From contig JAGNEZ010000034.1 of the NCBI GenBank assembly GCA_018003015.1, positions 5,085 to 69,084 of the forward strand: a DNA stretch of 64,000 bases, given 5' to 3'. Under the pieces are notes generated by a model. It was given only the letters and a program-made list of their open reading frames with translations. It was not told where the DNA came from and did no database searches. The DNA comes from Phycisphaerae bacterium. Its GTDB lineage: Bacteria > Planctomycetota > Phycisphaerae > UBA1845 > PWPN01. Below are positions 1-8,066 of this stretch, one piece after another (the stretch's first letter is position 1; each line of letters begins with the position of its first letter). The translations under genes and the position numbers were made by a program.

Positions 1-420
1 GGCCCGGTATCGGGCGACGGTCTGGTCGGGTGGGATCTCCCACGCGACGCGGGTTCGGCCGCCGATCGCGCCGGCTTGGGGGTAAGCGTTGCAGAACGCG
101 ATGGTCTGGCGGACCCAGTCGGGGGCGATGAAGCAGTCGTCGTCGATGAGCGCGATCCACTCGGAGTCGGTCTCGGCCACGGCCCGGCGGCGGGCGTAGG
201 TCAACCCCTGCCGGCATTCGAGCACGCGGCGCAGGCCGGGGATGTGTCCGGCGGCCGCATACCGATCCACGACTGCGGCGGTGTCGTCGGTGCTGTTGTT
301 GTCGATGACGAGCGTAGACCAGTTTTTGGAGGCATAGTCCTGGTGCTGGATGGCGGCCAAGGCGCGATCCAGCAGTCGGGCGTTGTTGTAGGTGCAGATC
401 GCGAGCGTCACCTGGTCCAT
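1..420 (-). CDS. Family-2 glycosyltransferase (N-terminal part; gene runs off the left edge)
   Basis: Absent from the ORF track because it is open at the window edge. Reverse-strand translation from ATG 420-418 reads MDQVTLAICTYNNARLLDRALAAIQHQDYASKNWSTLVIDNNSTDDTAAVVDRYAAAGHIPGLRRVLECRQGLTYARRRAVAETDSEWIALIDDDCFIAP. This is the classic GT2 N-terminus (CTYN ... VIDNxSxDxT) plus a DDD motif. The start lies immediately after the stop of the upstream ABC ATPase gene. Confidence 0.8.
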   Translation of the reverse strand, partial: MDQVTLAICTYNNARLLDRALAAIQHQDYASKNWSTLVIDNNSTDDTAAVVDRYAAAGHIPGLRRVLECRQGLTYARRRAVAETDSEWIALIDDDCFIAPDWVRQTIAFCNAYPQAGAIGGRTRVAWEIPPDQTVARYRA

Positions 421-421
421 A

Positions 422-1702
422 TCAGGCTGCTCCCTGCCTGGCGGCGTCGAGCTCGTGGCTCTCCCACTGGAGGGCCGGAGAGATCACCCCGCGCCGGCCG
501 TCGGCGCCGGGACTGTTGACCGGGGACACCTCGAAGCGGATGGCGTCCTCGACGCGATCCAGGACGCGGCTGCTCTCCTGGTGGACGCCCACGGCGATGT
601 CGTAGTAGCCGGGCTTCCACACGTCGCCGGGCAGATGGCAGAGGGTCCGGCAGCGACCGGGTCGGCGGACGAGCGGTACGCTGCCCGGGCAGTCCTGTTC
701 GGCGGACACGAACACGGCCACATCCATGGCGTTCTTGAGGGTCAGGTTAAACGTAGCCCCGTAGACCGGCCGCCGGACGATGCTGTCGATCTCCACCGCG
801 AGGGGTGGACCGAAGGGCACGGTCGGGGTGCAAGAGCCATCTCGGCCGATGAGCCGCACGCCGGTGATCTGGACCAGCTTGGCCGGGTCCAGGTCGCGGT
901 CGGAGCATTTCCACTCGCTGTGTCCCCTGGAGATGGTGGTAAGGTACTGCTGGATTACTGCGGAGGGTTTTCCCATTCCGGCCACCTCCCCGTTCCTGAG
1001 CCACAAGCAGGAGGTGCACTGGCGGGCCATGACGTCCATGTTGTGGCTGACCAGCAGGATGGTGCGGCCCTGGCGGGCCACGGTGTCCATCTTGCCCAGG
1101 CATTTGTTCTGGAAGGCCACGTCGCCGACGGCCAGCACTTCGTCGACCAGGAGGATCTCGGTGGCCAGATGGGCGGCGACGGCGAAGGCCAGGCGGACGT
1201 ACATACCGCTGGAGTAGTGTTTGACCGGGGTGTCGACGAACTTCTCCACTTCGGAGAAGGCGACGATCTCGTCGAAGCGGGCATCGATCTCGGCCTTGCG
1301 CATGCCGAGCATGGCCCCGTTGAGATAGACGTTCTCGCGGCCGGTGAGTTCGCGGTGGAAGCCGGTTCCGACCTCGAGGAGGCTGGCCAGCCGGCCGTGA
1401 ACGCGGGCCCGGCCGCCGGTCGGGTCGGTGATTCGGGAGAGGATCTTGAGCAGGGTGCTCTTGCCGGCCCCGTTGGGTCCGATGATCCCGAGCACCTCGC
1501 CGGGCTGGACCTGGAAGGACACATCCTTGAGGGCCCAGAATCGGCGATCCTCGGCCGGCGGTTTGCCCTTTGCCCGCAGGCGACGGAACGGATACCTCAC
1601 CGCATTGGCCAGCACGGTGTTGAGGCGGCGGTCGCGGCGTTTGCGGGCCCCGAGCTTGTACTGCTTGGACAAGCGCTCAACGATGATGGCCGGTTGGCTC
1701 AT
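422..1702 (-). CDS. Polysaccharide/O-antigen ABC exporter ATP-binding protein (Wzt/TagH-like) with extra C-terminal domain
   Basis: Walker A GIIGPNGAGKSTLLK, ABC signature YSSGMYVRLAFAVA, Walker B ILLVDEVLAVGD. About 170 aa follow the ATPase core, as in Wzt C-terminal glycan-binding domains. Start chosen at MSQPAIIVERL (ATG 1702) because AAGGGAG lies just upstream; the ORF track begins 9 codons earlier at 1729. Confidence 0.85.
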   Translation of the reverse strand: MSQPAIIVERLSKQYKLGARKRRDRRLNTVLANAVRYPFRRLRAKGKPPAEDRRFWALKDVSFQVQPGEVLGIIGPNGAGKSTLLKILSRITDPTGGRARVHGRLASLLEVGTGFHRELTGRENVYLNGAMLGMRKAEIDARFDEIVAFSEVEKFVDTPVKHYSSGMYVRLAFAVAAHLATEILLVDEVLAVGDVAFQNKCLGKMDTVARQGRTILLVSHNMDVMARQCTSCLWLRNGEVAGMGKPSAVIQQYLTTISRGHSEWKCSDRDLDPAKLVQITGVRLIGRDGSCTPTVPFGPPLAVEIDSIVRRPVYGATFNLTLKNAMDVAVFVSAEQDCPGSVPLVRRPGRCRTLCHLPGDVWKPGYYDIAVGVHQESSRVLDRVEDAIRFEVSPVNSPGADGRRGVISPALQWESHELDAARQGAA

Positions 1703-1744
1703 GCGACTCCCTTTGCCAGTCGGGTCCACGGCCCCGACGCGCCT

Positions 1745-2653
1745 CTATGCCACGTCCACGAAGTGCCTCTCCGTCCGATAGAAGAAGTACAAACCGAACA
1801 GGAAAACACCTACAGCGATCACCGCCGAGAAGCTCAGGGACAGCCAGTTGAACGGCTGGTTCAGCAAGGCCGAACGATACGCATCGATGATCCCGGTCAT
1901 GGGGTTGACCATGAGCAGCCAGCGGAGCTTGCCGGGCACGAGGTCGGCCGGGTAGATCACCGGACTGACGTACATCCATGCGCCCATCAGGGAGCCGATG
2001 ACGAAGCGGACATCGTGGTACATGACGGTCAGGCCGGCGAGGAGGTAGCCGATGCCGAGGGCGGTGATGACGGTGAGCAAGACCAGGACGGGCAGGAGCA
2101 TCACAGACGCCCCGGGCAAGTAGCCGTAGCCGAGCATCATGCAGCCGTAGATCAGGAAGCTGATGGCCAGGCTGGTGAGTTCGGCGAAGACACTCGAGGT
2201 TGGCAGGATCACGCGGGGAAAGTAGACCTTGGACAGCAAGTGGGCGTTGTTGAGCAGGCTGCCGGTGGCTCCGAGCACGGCGGCGGAGAAGAAGGTCCAG
2301 GGGAGCAACCCGGCATAGAGGAAGAGGGGGTAGGGTGCGCCCTGGGAGGGCATTCCGGCCAGCTTGCCGAAGACGAAGGAGAAGACGACCAAGTTGGCCA
2401 GGGGCCGGAGCACGGCCCAGGCTGGTCCGAGGACGGTCTGTTTGTACTGGACTTTGATGTCCCGCCAGACCAGGAAGTAGAGCAGCTCGTGGAAGCGAAG
2501 GAGCTCCTTGAAGTCGACGGCCTGCCAGCCGAAGCGGGGGCGGATGTCGAGGGTCGGAAGGCTGGCCGGGGTGGTCGCCGCGTCGGGGGTCGGGGGCAGG
2601 GTTGAGGCCGCCCCGGCATGGCCGGTCGCGAAGTCCAAAGGTATCGTACTCAT
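1745..2653 (-). CDS. ABC-2 type polysaccharide exporter permease (Wzm/TagG-like)
   Basis: Multi-TM protein with the typical ABC-2 opening (ELLRFHELLYFLVWRDIKVQYKQTVLGPAWAVLRPL). It sits directly upstream of the Wzt-like ATPase. Start chosen at MSTIPLDF (ATG 2653, GAGGAA upstream); the longest ORF begins at 2689. Confidence 0.8.
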   Translation of the reverse strand: MSTIPLDFATGHAGAASTLPPTPDAATTPASLPTLDIRPRFGWQAVDFKELLRFHELLYFLVWRDIKVQYKQTVLGPAWAVLRPLANLVVFSFVFGKLAGMPSQGAPYPLFLYAGLLPWTFFSAAVLGATGSLLNNAHLLSKVYFPRVILPTSSVFAELTSLAISFLIYGCMMLGYGYLPGASVMLLPVLVLLTVITALGIGYLLAGLTVMYHDVRFVIGSLMGAWMYVSPVIYPADLVPGKLRWLLMVNPMTGIIDAYRSALLNQPFNWLSLSFSAVIAVGVFLFGLYFFYRTERHFVDVA

Positions 2654-2691
2654 TGCGGCGCTGTTCCTCGCGGCCCGTGGATAGGTCATAA

Positions 2692-2710
2692 GATCATTAT
2701 TAATAAGATC
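2692..2710. promoter_or_regulatory. AT-rich near-perfect palindrome (candidate operator/promoter element) upstream of the wzm-wzt-GT2 operon
   Basis: GATCaTTATTAATAAgATC has a perfect 10-bp palindromic core TTATTAATAA flanked by GATC arms. It sits in a short AT-rich island (2690-2735) in otherwise GC-rich DNA, about 40 nt upstream of the preferred wzm start. Confidence 0.35.
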
Positions 2711-2839
2711 TTACAATCTATACAGCCTTGTTTCATCGTTCCGGCGGCAGACCATCCGCGTGGAGCGGTTCGATGGACCTACTCGTTTATCGGAGGTGCG
2801 GAGGGCGCGGATTAGTTACAGATCGTTGTCATGGCGTAG

Positions 2840-5623
2840 TTACAGGTCGTCGTCGTAGAGCATGTCGGGCACGCCGTCGTCCTTGAGGGCGGTGGAGCGG
2901 AGGCGTTCGGCCTCGGCTTCTTTCATGGCCTGCCACTGCTCGGGGGTGATGACGATTTCGCGGGCCTGGCTGCCCTTGTATTCGCCGACGATGCCGGCGG
3001 CGGCCATTTCCTCGATGAGGCGGCTGGCCCGGGAGTAGCCCACGGCCAAGCGGCGTTGGAGGAGGCTCACGCTGCCGCGTTTGGTTTCCAGGACGATCTC
3101 GACGGCCTTGTCGAAGAATTCGTCGCGTGGCCCGTCGGTGCTGATTTCCTGGTTGCGGAGCTGGATGAGTTCGGGGTGGAACTCGGGGGCGCCGCGTTCC
3201 TTGAGGAAGTTGATGACGGACTTGAGTTCGGCGTCTTCGAGGTAGGTGCCCTGGGCGCGCATGAGTTTGGAAGATCCTGGTGGCAGGTAGAGCATATCGC
3301 CCTGACCCATGAGGACCTCGGCCCCGTTCTGGTCGAGGACGATGCGGGAGTCCATTCGTGATGCGACGCGGAACGCGATCCGGCAGGGCAGGTTGCTCTT
3401 GATGAGGCCGGTGACGATCTTGGCTTCCGGCCGCTGGGTGGCCACGATGATGTGGATGCCGACTGCCCGGCTCTTCTGGGCCAAGCGGGAGAGATGGAGC
3501 TCGACCTCTTTGGCCGAGAGCATCATCATGTCGGCCAATTCGTCGATGATGATGATGATGTAGGGGAGGTGTGAAGGGATCTGGGCCTCTTCCTCGGGGG
3601 TGGTTGGCTGGAACCGCTCGCGTTTTTCCTCTTTGGTGAGCCGGTTGTAGGCGGCGATATTGCGGACGCCGGCCTCGGCCAGGAGGGCGTAGCGTTCATC
3701 CATTTTGACCGTGGCCCACTCCAGGATCTTCTCGGCGCGTTCCATCTCGGTCACGATGGGGCACATCAGGTGGGGCACTTCGCGGAACATGCTCATTTCG
3801 ACCATCTTGGGGTCGACGAGGATGAGTTTGACGAGGTCTGGTCGCTGGGTCATGAGGATCGAGATGATGATCGAGTTGATGCACACGCTCTTGCCCGAGC
3901 CGGTGGTGCCGGCGATGAGCATGTGTGGCATCTTGGTCAGGTCGCTGACCAGGGCTCCGCCGCTGGCGTCTTTTCCGAGGAACAGAGGAAGCTGCATCTT
4001 CTGGGCGGCGGCGCCGGCCAGGGTCATGAGTTCCTTGATGCGGACCTTTTCCTTATCGAGGTTAGGGACTTCGATGCCGATGGTGTTCTTGCCGGGGATA
4101 GGGGCGACGACGCGGACGCTGGGGGCCTTGAGTGATCGGGCGATATCGTTGGCCAGGGAGGAGATCTGACTGACCTTGACGCCGGGGGCGACGGAGATCT
4201 CGAACATGGTAATGACCGGCCCGGTGTCGATTTCGACGACCTTGGCTTCGATCTTATAGTCGAGGAGAGTCTGTTCGAGGATGCGGGCTTTTTCGCGGAC
4301 CAGGGCTTCCTGGTGGGAGGTGAAGGTGTACTCCGGCTCCTGGAGGACGGTGATGGGCGGGTAGGTCCATTCGGCCAGCTCGGTCGGATAGGGTTTGGTG
4401 ACGGGTGGCGGCGCGGCCGCGCCTGGTTTGGGTGGCTGTGACGCCCGAATGATCATCCGGGGTTCAGGCGCGGTGTCCGGGCTCTCGTCCTCGGACTCCT
4501 CGTCGGCCTCGCCGGTTTCGGTGTTCTCCGCGTCCTCGACTTGGGTCTCTTCGTCCTCCTCTTCGGCGTCTTCTTCTTCGACCTGGGCCGAGTCTTGCGT
4601 CTCGTTCTCGCACTCGCCTTCGGTTGTCTCGTCGGTCGGTTCTTCCTCCTCGGGGTCGGCCGGGGCCTCGAGCGGGCTCTTTTCCTGCTGATCCGGATCG
4701 AGGACGGCGGTGCCGGTTTCCTTGACGGCTGCCCGCTTGGGAGTGGTCTTCGATTCGGTTTTCTTGACGTCGGCCTTGTCCCCGGAGTTTCGGCCGGGGT
4801 TGATCCTCAGCTCGGCGGAGCCGGAGCCTCGTCCGGGGCCGGCGGTTCCACCGGCCAGGGCGGGTTGTCGGCGTCCGGGCAGCATGGTGGCGAGTCGTTG
4901 GAATGGTGCGGTGAGCCGGGCGGCCCAGGGCGTTCTGGGCAGGCGTTGGCGGACCTCCTCGGCCAGTTCCTGGATCTGTCCGCGGCGTTCGCGGATGGCC
5001 TGGGGGATGCGGAGGATCAGGCCCTCGGTGGTGAACAGGAGGCCGACCAGACAGAGGTATGCCAGGACGGGCAGGGTACCGATCTTGAATGAGCTGACCA
5101 GCCATGTTGCCAGGAGGTAGCCGAGTACGCCTCCGCGGAGTTCGGGCCAACGGGGTGCCTCGGATGCCTCGAAGAAGAGCGAGCAGAGCGAGCTGAATGG
5201 CCAGGCCAGGTCGGAGCGGAAGGCCCAGCTGAATGGCCAGGGGAGGTTCTGGACCTCGGCGACGGAGGGGGTAAGCAGGTGGAAGCAGACGGAGGTGACG
5301 GAGATGAGTACGGCCACACCGATGACCCGCTGCCAGAGGGATGGCAGTCGTCCGACTCGGGCGAGCACGCCGATGGCCGCGGTCAGTCCGGCGACGGCGG
5401 CGTAGGCTCCGCCTCCGAAGTAGACGAACATATGGTAGGCGATCCAGGCTCCGGCTCGCCCGCCGTCGTTGTTGGCCGGTGTGGGGTGGGGCCAGTTGTG
5501 GGGGCTGGGCCAGTCGGTGGGGTCGAAGCTGAGGATACTCAGCCAGAGGAAGGCACAGACGATGAGCGAGAGCAGGATCACACATCCGCGGATCAGCTGT
5601 CTTCGTTCCTGAGAGGTGGTCAT
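2840..5623 (-). CDS. ftsK: DNA translocase FtsK/SpoIIIE
   Basis: N-terminal TM segments. Walker A IAGTTGSGKSVCINSII, Walker B YIIIIIDELADMMM. C-terminal winged-helix gamma domain (SVSLLQRRLAVGYSRASRLIEEMAAAGIVG). GGAGGAA precedes the ATG. Confidence 0.95.
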   Translation of the reverse strand: MTTSQERRQLIRGCVILLSLIVCAFLWLSILSFDPTDWPSPHNWPHPTPANNDGGRAGAWIAYHMFVYFGGGAYAAVAGLTAAIGVLARVGRLPSLWQRVIGVAVLISVTSVCFHLLTPSVAEVQNLPWPFSWAFRSDLAWPFSSLCSLFFEASEAPRWPELRGGVLGYLLATWLVSSFKIGTLPVLAYLCLVGLLFTTEGLILRIPQAIRERRGQIQELAEEVRQRLPRTPWAARLTAPFQRLATMLPGRRQPALAGGTAGPGRGSGSAELRINPGRNSGDKADVKKTESKTTPKRAAVKETGTAVLDPDQQEKSPLEAPADPEEEEPTDETTEGECENETQDSAQVEEEDAEEEDEETQVEDAENTETGEADEESEDESPDTAPEPRMIIRASQPPKPGAAAPPPVTKPYPTELAEWTYPPITVLQEPEYTFTSHQEALVREKARILEQTLLDYKIEAKVVEIDTGPVITMFEISVAPGVKVSQISSLANDIARSLKAPSVRVVAPIPGKNTIGIEVPNLDKEKVRIKELMTLAGAAAQKMQLPLFLGKDASGGALVSDLTKMPHMLIAGTTGSGKSVCINSIIISILMTQRPDLVKLILVDPKMVEMSMFREVPHLMCPIVTEMERAEKILEWATVKMDERYALLAEAGVRNIAAYNRLTKEEKRERFQPTTPEEEAQIPSHLPYIIIIIDELADMMMLSAKEVELHLSRLAQKSRAVGIHIIVATQRPEAKIVTGLIKSNLPCRIAFRVASRMDSRIVLDQNGAEVLMGQGDMLYLPPGSSKLMRAQGTYLEDAELKSVINFLKERGAPEFHPELIQLRNQEISTDGPRDEFFDKAVEIVLETKRGSVSLLQRRLAVGYSRASRLIEEMAAAGIVGEYKGSQAREIVITPEQWQAMKEAEAERLRSTALKDDGVPDMLYDDDL

Positions 5624-6311
5624 AACGGGCGTTTCCTCCGTGTCACGCCGGCCAACACCGGAACAGGCGGTATCGTATCTGTCCGCTGCTGGAGTGCCAG
5701 GACCGGTTGCCGGATTTCCGGCAGTTTTTCGGGTTGACCCGTTCCGGCGCAGACCGCTAGCCCGGGCACGGGCGCACCCGAATGAGTGAATATCGGACCC
5801 GTCTGCTTTGGTGCTGCAGGATTTTCGGTGGTGGGTGGTGGGGTGGGTTTGTTGGGGGACGCGGGCTGCCGAACGAAGCCAATGAACCGGGGTGGGACGG
5901 GCGTTTTCGACCGCGCCAGGGCGGTTTTGTCGGGTGGGAGGTCAGGATCTTGGGCGCCAAACGAAGCCAATGCAGCAGTTCCAAGCGGGTCGTCCGATGG
6001 CGGGTTGGGGGCGGCGTGGAGGCCCTTGAACCCCACCGGTTGTTGCCGGCGGCCGGGGACGAGTCGTTGCGGGGTGTCTCCGGCGGGTTAGCGGGTGACC
6101 GACTGGGGCGGGGCGATCCGCTGCGCTGATAACACGGCGGGTGTCCCGGTGGTGTTTGTCGGGGGCTTGGGTGGGCGGAGTGTGGAGGGTGGAGAAGTGG
6201 GGTTGGAGGGAGGTGTCGTGGGGGTGGAGGCTGGTTAGCAGGCCATCCGGGACGGGGCCCGGATGGTCTGCCCGGCGGTCGATTGGGAAGGTGCCCAGGT
6301 GAACGGAGGGC

Positions 6312-7001
6312 TCAGTTGTCCTTGGTTTGGAGCACGCGGTAGATCAGTGCTCCGAGGATGGCCCCGGCGATGGGTGCCACCCAGAACAGCCACAGTTGGG
6401 CGACAGCCCAGCTGCCCATGAATACGGCCACGCCGGTGCTTCTGGCCGGGTTGACTGATGTGTTGGTGACGGGAATGCTGATCAGGTGGATGAGGGTGAG
6501 GCCGAGGCCGATGGCGATGGGGGCGAAGCCTGGGGGGGCTTTTTTGTCGGTGGATCCGAGGATGATGAGGAGGAACATCATGGTCATGACGATTTCGCAG
6601 ACCAGGCAGGCATAGAGGGAGTAGCCGCCGGGGGAATGTTCGCCGAATCCGTTGGACGCGAATCCGCCGGACAGGTCGAAGCCCTTTTTGCCGCTGGCGA
6701 TGAAGAACAGGACTCCGCCGGCGGCGATGGCCCCGAGGACCTGGGCGAGGATGTAGGGGACGAGTTTGGCGGCCGGGAAGCGGCCGCCGACGCACAAGCC
6801 GACGGAGACTGCGGGGTTAAGATGGCAGCCGGAGATATGCCCGATGGCGAAGGCCATGGTGAGGACGGTCAGGCCGAAGGCGAGGGACACGCCGAGCAGT
6901 CCGATGCCGACGTTGGGGAATGCGGCGGCCAGCACGGCGCTCCCGCAGCCACCGAGCACCAGCCAGAATGTCCCGAAGAACTCTGCCCCAATCGGTTTCA
7001 T
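6312..7001 (-). CDS. aqpZ: Aquaporin Z
   Basis: 229 aa with six TM segments and two NPA boxes (GCHLNPAVS and TSVNPARS). AAGGAG precedes the ATG. Confidence 0.93.
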   Translation of the reverse strand: MKPIGAEFFGTFWLVLGGCGSAVLAAAFPNVGIGLLGVSLAFGLTVLTMAFAIGHISGCHLNPAVSVGLCVGGRFPAAKLVPYILAQVLGAIAAGGVLFFIASGKKGFDLSGGFASNGFGEHSPGGYSLYACLVCEIVMTMMFLLIILGSTDKKAPPGFAPIAIGLGLTLIHLISIPVTNTSVNPARSTGVAVFMGSWAVAQLWLFWVAPIAGAILGALIYRVLQTKDN

Positions 7002-7266
7002 GATTTCTCCTTTCTTTCGCGAGGATCTGTGGTGGTGATGAGTCGCGTGGGCAGGATTATAGGACCTCGGGGGGGTGAGTCAAGGGCGGTGGTGGGGCAG
7101 GTGGTGGGGGCTTCGGGATGGTTTTCTTGACAGGGGTGGTAGTGGAGCTAGTGCTCCGTCAGTCCTGAAGCTCAGGGTATAGCCGACGAACCTTGATCCG
7201 TGCGTCCGCGGTGGTGAACGGCCAGTCGATTGCCGCCCGGCTGTGGTTCCGATCCGTCTGCTATAC

Positions 7267-7719
7267 TCACATCTGATCGACCAGCCTCAGCTTGTCCGGG
7301 ATTCGGCCGCCCATGTACTGTCGGGAGGGGATCCCGAGTTCGATCTCGGCCATGTTCAGCCGGCTTCCGCGCTTGGTCGTGTAAACCACCGCCAGCCGAT
7401 CGATCAACCGCCGCGATCTCATGAGCCTGACCGAGGAGTGCGCCAGGGTCACGGGCATCGCGTACATCATGGAGTGCGACCGTGAGGAGACGGAGGCGAT
7501 CCTCCACTCCTGACTTTCCAGGCCGGGGGCGCAAGTGAAGGGCTGACACCAACCACTGAACCGGGTCCGGCAGGCGAGGGTCGGGCCCGGCCTGTCGATT
7601 TCGGGGTCATGGCCTGTGATGGTTGACCAGGTGGCGTGGCTGAGGCCGATGCACCTCTTCTTGTTTCCCCAGGGCTGGATCTGGAGCAGAGGGGGCTGCT
7701 GTCCAGAACAGGGTGTAGC
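7267..7719 (-). pseudogene. Relic of an IS630-family-type transposase (C-terminal part only, no start, catalytic motif lost)
   Basis: The reverse frame is open from 7719 to the stop at 7267. It ends ...VTLAHSSVRLMRSRRLIDRLAVVYTTKRGSRLNMAEIELGIPSRQYMGGRIPDKLRLVDQM. This parallels the conserved transposase tail DNLNTH...EARRL..RLEFHYTPKHGSWLNMAEIELSVLSRQCLdRRIPD. Key residues are replaced, and no N-terminal HTH region or terminal inverted repeats are detectable. Confidence 0.5.
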
Positions 7720-8066
7720 CTAAGTCCTTGATTCAAGCATTCTTGCCTTCAACTGCAGGCAACTCGGTGATATTCGGTGGTTCTGAAATACGGTTCCATA
7801 GAATGGAATCGGACAGCCTTCTCTAGGAGGTATTCTCAAATACGGCCCAACCGCTCACGGGATGCGGTAAAAAGTGCATAGAAATCGGTAGTACGAACAA
7901 CCGTCAGCACGGTACAATAGCAGTTGCGCAGACCGCTCGGCAGTTCGGTAGTGGAGTGGGTCGAGGTGCTTAGTCGGCGTCGGGCCAGATTCGCGGTGGA
8001 GGCGTTTCTCACCGGCCAAGCGCTCGTGTAGGGTCCAGCTCGGACAACAAGGACAGGGGAAATGAA

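Noticed and set aside
392-2605. 737-aa plus-strand ORF antisense to the wzt/wzm genes. Similar very long antisense ORFs occur at 9840-11855, 20382-22223, 22280-24232, 24263-25774, 38799-42287 and 50705-52117.
   Set aside because: Their translations are Gly/Arg/Asp/His/Val-rich with no recognisable motifs. They lie exactly opposite genes with unmistakable conserved protein signatures. Stop-free antisense frames are an expected by-product of high GC content.
5620-6036. 138-aa and 75-aa minus-strand ORFs in the aqpZ-ftsK spacer.
   Set aside because: They are Pro/Ala/Gly-rich and low-complexity, with no ribosome-binding site, and they overlap each other in different frames. They are more likely non-coding; the spacer is reported as a finding for its G-runs and repeated 13-mer instead.
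6235-6795. 186-aa Arg/Pro/His-rich ORF overlapping aqpZ in another frame.
   Set aside because: It is an out-of-frame overlap with a gene that has two NPA boxes, and its composition is typical of off-frame translation of GC-rich DNA.
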